A DNA stretch of 64,000 bases from Fimicolochytrium jonesii (Eukaryota). Made by a program: the position numbers and the translations under genes. The stretch lies in contig NW_026515675.1 of assembly GCF_025526975.1 (NCBI RefSeq), positions 558,001 to 622,000 of the forward strand, given 5' to 3'. How positions within the stretch are numbered: position 1 is the first letter of the stretch; the number at the start of each line of letters is the position of its first letter. Positions 61,425-64,000 of this stretch are shown here, piece after piece. The notes under the pieces were generated by a model. It was not told the DNA's origin. It saw nothing but the letters and a program-made list of their open reading frames with translations, and did not search any database.

Positions 61425-62852
61425 TGGCAGGGCCTCCTATCCAGTCCTACCTGATATCAAGTGCCGAGGAGAAAGTTGCCCCATGCTTGAACCAGGGCCG
61501 TGCTTTCCCCGCTGGGTACACAGACTTGGTGGACACCTTACTTGAGGACTCGGAAAGTATGACTGTCAACCTTCCAGTTCTTGTGTCCCAAAAACATCGT
61601 CTAAAGCGATACGTTCCTCACCGCCTGCAGATGCTTCCGCGCTCTCCGTCCTCGACTCACTAGTTTCTGAAAACCTATACCCGCCTCCGTGAGTCAAAAG
61701 CCGAAGCACTGTCACTCGATGTTTGTAGCACTTACGAATGGAATAGCGGCATCCTCCAGATCCTCCTGCAGTCGCCTCTCCACCCAAAACAATTTCCAGA
61801 TGTCACACCACTTCATGCCCTTGCAGTCCTGCATCGAACGCTAAAAACTCACGGGAGCGGGCCTTTCCGAGATCTCTTCCCCAGGCGTTACGACTCGACG
61901 GCGAAACCTATTGAAGTATGGGTGTATCTGCGCGACTTATGGACAAGCGCTGTGGGGAATGGGGAAGATGGCGTCCATCTAGGAGGATGCGACATCCGGT
62001 TGCCATTCATACAGTTCCTGCGGATGCTGCTGAAGGACGACATAAGTAGAACAGGTATGGTTTTGCGTAAGAAGCGCGACATTTCCTTGGGAGAAGTGTT
62101 GAACTCGATCCTCAGAACCATTAGAGAACAGCATACTGGGGCAATCGCTAGGCCTTCATCGACGACTCAATTTGAAAGCACCCCTGGATGTTTTTGAGGA
62201 GATTTTAGAAGAGACTGACCCGAAAGGGACCATCACGGTTGAAATTGGCGAGTGGATCAGTGAGGTGGGTGTTTCCACATCCATGTCCATTGAAACAGCG
62301 AATGAGACTGACTATGCTGGTGCAAGATAGATATCGTCACTATCAAAATCTGGTCAATTTGACCTTCTCACATATTGGAGGGAAGTGTGCTCCATGTTCA
62401 ACCGGATTGATGACACCGCGGCGTTTTTGATGATTGAGGTGAGAACCATACTGCATCAAGTGTATCGCGTTCCACAACCAAACAAGACAATGCATTTCCC
62501 TCTCACCTAGAGCATTGAGCCAGCAACCGCTCGTTTTGCCATATCCGACATCCTACTCAGCCGGCTCTCCTACGTCTCTCGCAAATCCAATGGTCAAACA
62601 CGGCTTAGTGCGTCCAACTTCCCCACGAAAGCGCGGAAGCACCTGGAAGCTGTGCCAATTGATCAAAATTGGGAGGCATACATTACTTTGATCACCATAA
62701 TACTGGGAACAATTGACGTCGAGCTGAATGAAGACACAAAAAGAGCGTTGCACGATGGTGTAGAGTTCATCCGTGACCGAGCGCCAAAGAAGGCGAAGGT
62801 TCACACTCAGACGTTGGTCGATTTTGTGGATTTGATTTGGCCCACGGCGTAG
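61425..62852 (+). CDS. Uncharacterised multi-exon protein
   Basis: Protein-like ORF pieces (DLFPRRYDSTAKPIEVWVYLRDLW; WEAYITLITIILGTIDVELNE...DLIWPTA*) are separated by intron-like gaps. No family recognised. Confidence 0.45.
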
Positions 62853-63213
62853 ACGTGCTGCTCTGTATTCTCCCGCAGAGGAAGCGAGGGTCCTGCGGTG
62901 GTAAATCGGTGGAACTACGCTTTTAAGAACGGGTCGCTGCTCTTTTTGCTGCTTGTTAACCGTCGGATGGGCAGCAATAGGGCACGATCATCGTTGTTTG
63001 ATATAGAATAGACGAACTGTATATGGACAGATATTAATGAAGACATCGATGAATGATTGGCAGCACGTTTGGAACATCTACTTTGAGATTATGTGTACAT
63101 GAAAGAAGCAATTAGACCGCTGATGGGACGGTCTGTGAGTGGTAGCTGTGGTGCACATAAGATGGCACCGGATATATATACATGTAGAACGTAAGGAGCA
63201 CCGGCTCCTTGGA

Positions 63214-64000
63214 TCAACATCCAACCGCCTCTCGCATTTCTCGGAGTACAGCGATCCGGTATTTGTCTCGCAGAGTGTGCATGTAAGATAAGTACCGAGC
63301 TGGTGCAAATACGTCATCATCCCCAGAGTTTTTCCCATGCGTTCCCTCCTTCTGCTTTCCTGCCGTCGAGATGTGTGGAATGCCATCTGAGGCGCCAACC
63401 ACTCGAGATGGATCCCCCAAGAACGCCACCAGCCCGTGATCTCTGGTAGCTATCAGCACTGCAGGTTGAATGTGCTTCAAGAGGGCGATGCAGAAGTATA
63501 TCTGGTAATCGATCCCAAAGACAGTCGCCAACAGAAGGTATGTTCCGATTGACGAGAGAGGTAGATGTGTCCAAAAGAGTTCGCGGAACCAGCGCTGGGT
63601 GAGCTATTCATTGATCAAGAGTTATTATCCCGAGCAAAGACGGGTGGAATTACTGTTGGGGAAACCTACCTGACTCGGCGTACAACCGCTCAAGGTGAAA
63701 GCAGAAAATAAGGCCGGCAGCTCGGTCTCCAAAATCGCCTCCACAAGATGGCAGCACGTCGAGTACAGCAGCGGCACATCATATCGCTGTGGGTCAAAAA
63801 GCCGAGAGCGATGGGCTCGCTGGGGCCACATATACATAGAAGGCAGGTACGGTAACAGTGAGGTAAGGTACGTCAATGTCCGCTGCTTATCGCCCTGTAG
63901 TAATATGAAGGCGGTGCTGAGGAACCAATCAAAGCCGGGGAATGTTGAAGAGAGCTCTTGTGCAGTTTCTCTCGCTTCGGAAGGCTGCTTCTGATGAGGC
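63214..64000 (-). CDS. TBC1D32: 3' end of a TBC1D32/BROMI (broad-minded) ciliary protein; continues beyond the window
   Basis: HLVEAILETELPALFSAFTLSGCTPSQ...FGIDYQIYFCIALLKHIQ...YMHTLRDKYRIAVLREMR closely resembles the TBC1D32 C-terminus. Confidence 0.85.

Overview
This is intron-rich eukaryotic DNA, most likely from a zoosporic (chytrid-like) fungus: introns are short GT-AG with CTRAC branch points, and the window carries a MyTH4-FERM myosin and the ciliary gene TBC1D32. Both flanks hold housekeeping genes: LETM1/MDM38, an Rco1/PHF12-like PHD protein, NTH1, a C2H2 transcription factor, peflin, APN2, an ECM11-like gene, TRA2, XRN2/RAT1, a secreted reeler protein, the myosin, ELG1/ATAD5-like, RSRC2-like and TBC1D32. 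The centre (about 28.2-47.9 kb) is a mobile-DNA island. Its main feature is an apparently intact 7-exon Fanzor1-type gene (eukaryotic TnpB/Cas12 relative, RNA-guided DNA endonuclease) at 31363->28319. Hand-splicing gives 764 aa with all three RuvC acidic residues, a zinc finger and an N-terminal NLS. The ORF track shows it only as fragments. A structured candidate omegaRNA follows its stop codon. A 16.25-kb, three-layer nest of self-priming Ty3/Gypsy chromoviruses is inserted 22 bp upstream of its ATG. Other points of interest are a candidate poison-splicing module in TRA2, -1 frameshift signals in the retroelements and a Tc1/mariner-type MITE. All calls come from manual reading and motif recognition; no searches were run.
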